From positions 134,292,001-134,356,000 of the forward strand of contig OZ024741.1 of assembly GCA_964016885.1 (NCBI GenBank): a stretch of DNA of 64,000 nucleotides, written 5' to 3'. Positions 62,249 to 64,000 of the stretch are shown here, piece by piece; position 1 is the stretch's first letter; each line of letters begins with the position of its first letter. Source of the stretch: Eledone cirrhosa (Eukaryota). The position numbers and the translations under genes were made by a program. The notes under the pieces are model-generated. The model was not told the DNA's origin and searched no databases. It saw nothing but the letters and a program-made list of their open reading frames with translations.

Positions 62249-62515
62249 AAAGGTTTTCAATGGACATGTAAATTCATCCTTCTTATCTCCCCCCACCTCT
62301 ACATCCACAACCAGCTCATCTTAGGGTAGAGATGGCTCTTCAGTTGAGTCAATGACTGGTAACCTCTCTGTGCTGGTGACATGAACCCTCTAAAATGGTT
62401 GGTGATAGGAAGGGCATTCAGCCATAAAAAGCATGCCAAAATGGCAGAGATGGCACACAGAGGTTAGTGTTAAGGGCATCCAAGCATTGAAACCCTATCA
62501 AAGGTTTATTTAAGT

Positions 62516-62671
62516 CAGCAGTAGCCAACCTTTTGGACTTCACAGACCACTAAATTCATAATTTTAATTCTTGTTGACCACTAGTAGGAATTTTTTTTAA
62601 AAAGATAAATACATTAACATTTTTCTGCAGACCACCAAAATTTTCTCACAGACCAGCGTTGGCAGCCACTG
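62516..62671. mobile_element. hAT (Charlie-like) MITE
   Basis: Ends CAGCAGTAGCCAAC...GTTGGCAGCCACTG; 8-bp flanks ATTTAAGT / CTTTAAGT are consistent with a hAT TSD. Confidence 0.65.
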
Positions 62672-63209
62672 CTTTAAGTTGTACCAAGGACATGACAACT
62701 TACCTAGTGCTGGTACCACAATAAAATACACAGTACAAAAGATAGACATCAGCACACACGGGAGTTGAACCCACGCCTCTTGTTTGCAGATGCTTATCTT
62801 TTTTCATTATTATCAGACTATTTTATTTAGTCAAGGTAATGACAAAATCTAATTCAATGTTCAAATTCTGCTCCATGTTTTCTAAACATATACTCTCTCT
62901 CTATATATATATATATATATCCAAATTGTGGAAGGGGACAAAATGAAGACAGTGGAAAAACCAATGGAAAAATGGACAGTCCCAGCTCCTCAGTCAACCT
63001 CTGGAAATTACTACAGTTTCAGTGCATTAAGGTTGATAGGGAGCACATTGATTGAGATAAAGACAGGACAGATTATGCCTTTCAGATGAAAAAGTTTCCC
63101 AAGTGAATCAACTGATAAAGAAGGGAGACAACAGTGCACCGGGGCTTAGCCAAAGATGAAGAAAATATAGAAAAGAAAGAAATAGAAAAACAGAAAATAA
63201 TATGAACTG

Positions 63210-64000
63210 CAGTCTAACATCTATTTTCCACGCTAGCATAGCTTAGACTAGTTGTCCCATTGTGAGACAATCCAGGTCAGATGACCATGTCTTGCTCATA
63301 CAGAGTTGATTTTGGCTTGGTTTCTATAGCTGGATGCCCTTCCTAACGCCAACCACATTTATGGTACTGAGATATTTTTGTTCTGACATCTACATTATCA
63401 CTTTACAATGTGAGCAGGGCATACTAAATGTATGCTTCAACCTGAGAACGTAGGAAGGTAGGTCTTCTGTATTACTGCATAATGCCAGAGATCACAGTCC
63501 TGTGTCATTGCCTTTGAGAGATGCAATTGTGTGAGGTCAGCTTTTATCACCTTATTCCAAGTCTTCCTGGGTCTTCCTGTTCCATAGCTTTCATCAACCT
63601 TCAGCGTTCTGCACCTTTTTATACAGCTGTCATCCTTCATACACATCACATATCCATACCAACGCAATCTCTTCTTCTGCACACAGCATCAGATCCCTCT
63701 TATGCCTAGTTTCTCTCTCAGTTCATTTATGCTTTGCTGTTCATGTATATTACTATTATACATCCAACGAAGCATGGAAGCTTCATTTCTTTCCAATCTT
63801 CACAGGTCTTCTGCATAAGTCTCACTACCATGCAACATTGCTGTTTGTATACATGCATCATACAATCTGCCCTTCATTTTGAGGGAAATATATTTTGTAG
63901 TTAGCAGTGGTAGCAGCTCCCTGAACAATTTCCATCTTGCTCTCCCTCAGGCTACAGTGCTTTCAGAGCACCCTCCTCCACAGCTAATTTAGTCACCTGG
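63210..64000 (-). mobile_element. RTE LINE 3' portion, runs off the window edge
   Basis: ORF 63437-63682 KKRLRWYGYVMCMKDDSCIKRCR...GRPRKTW, plus the RTE 3' UTR. Confidence 0.88.

Noticed and set aside
62745-62795. tRNA gene (GGGTTCAACTCCC on the minus strand); likewise the SINE heads
   Set aside because: Only B-box/T-arm-like pieces are present, with no complete cloverleaf; these are best explained as tRNA-derived repeats.

Overview
AT-rich eukaryotic DNA full of microsatellites. Its SINE, RTE-LINE and MITE families look like those of an octopus (coleoid cephalopod); this is pattern recognition, not a database result. Two protein-coding genes lie on the minus strand. KIF3A (kinesin-2 motor, 701 aa) has an intronless CDS at 9136-11241, a probable non-coding first exon and RFX/ETS/CRE promoter near 45.25-45.53 kb, and an inferred first intron of about 33.6 kb. 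IDI1 (isopentenyl-diphosphate isomerase, 235 aa) has five coding exons at 49823-57421. The inferred KIF3A intron holds a 17.6-kb satellite of 298 x 59-bp monomers that grew in place from the 3' end of an RTE-related retroelement. It also holds RTE LINE pieces, a mariner, hammerhead-ribozyme remnants and several fold-back elements. The most notable unexplained structures are: the TE-born double-hairpin satellite and its internal duplication history; a 25-bp tandem array of RFX X-box motifs amplified from a MITE end (2.8-3.2 kb); a 23-bp repeat that puts a chain of stop/start-overlapping uORFs in the inferred KIF3A leader; and a palindrome of two hammerhead-like cores in the inferred IDI1 3' UTR. 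No prokaryotic features or CRISPR arrays are present.
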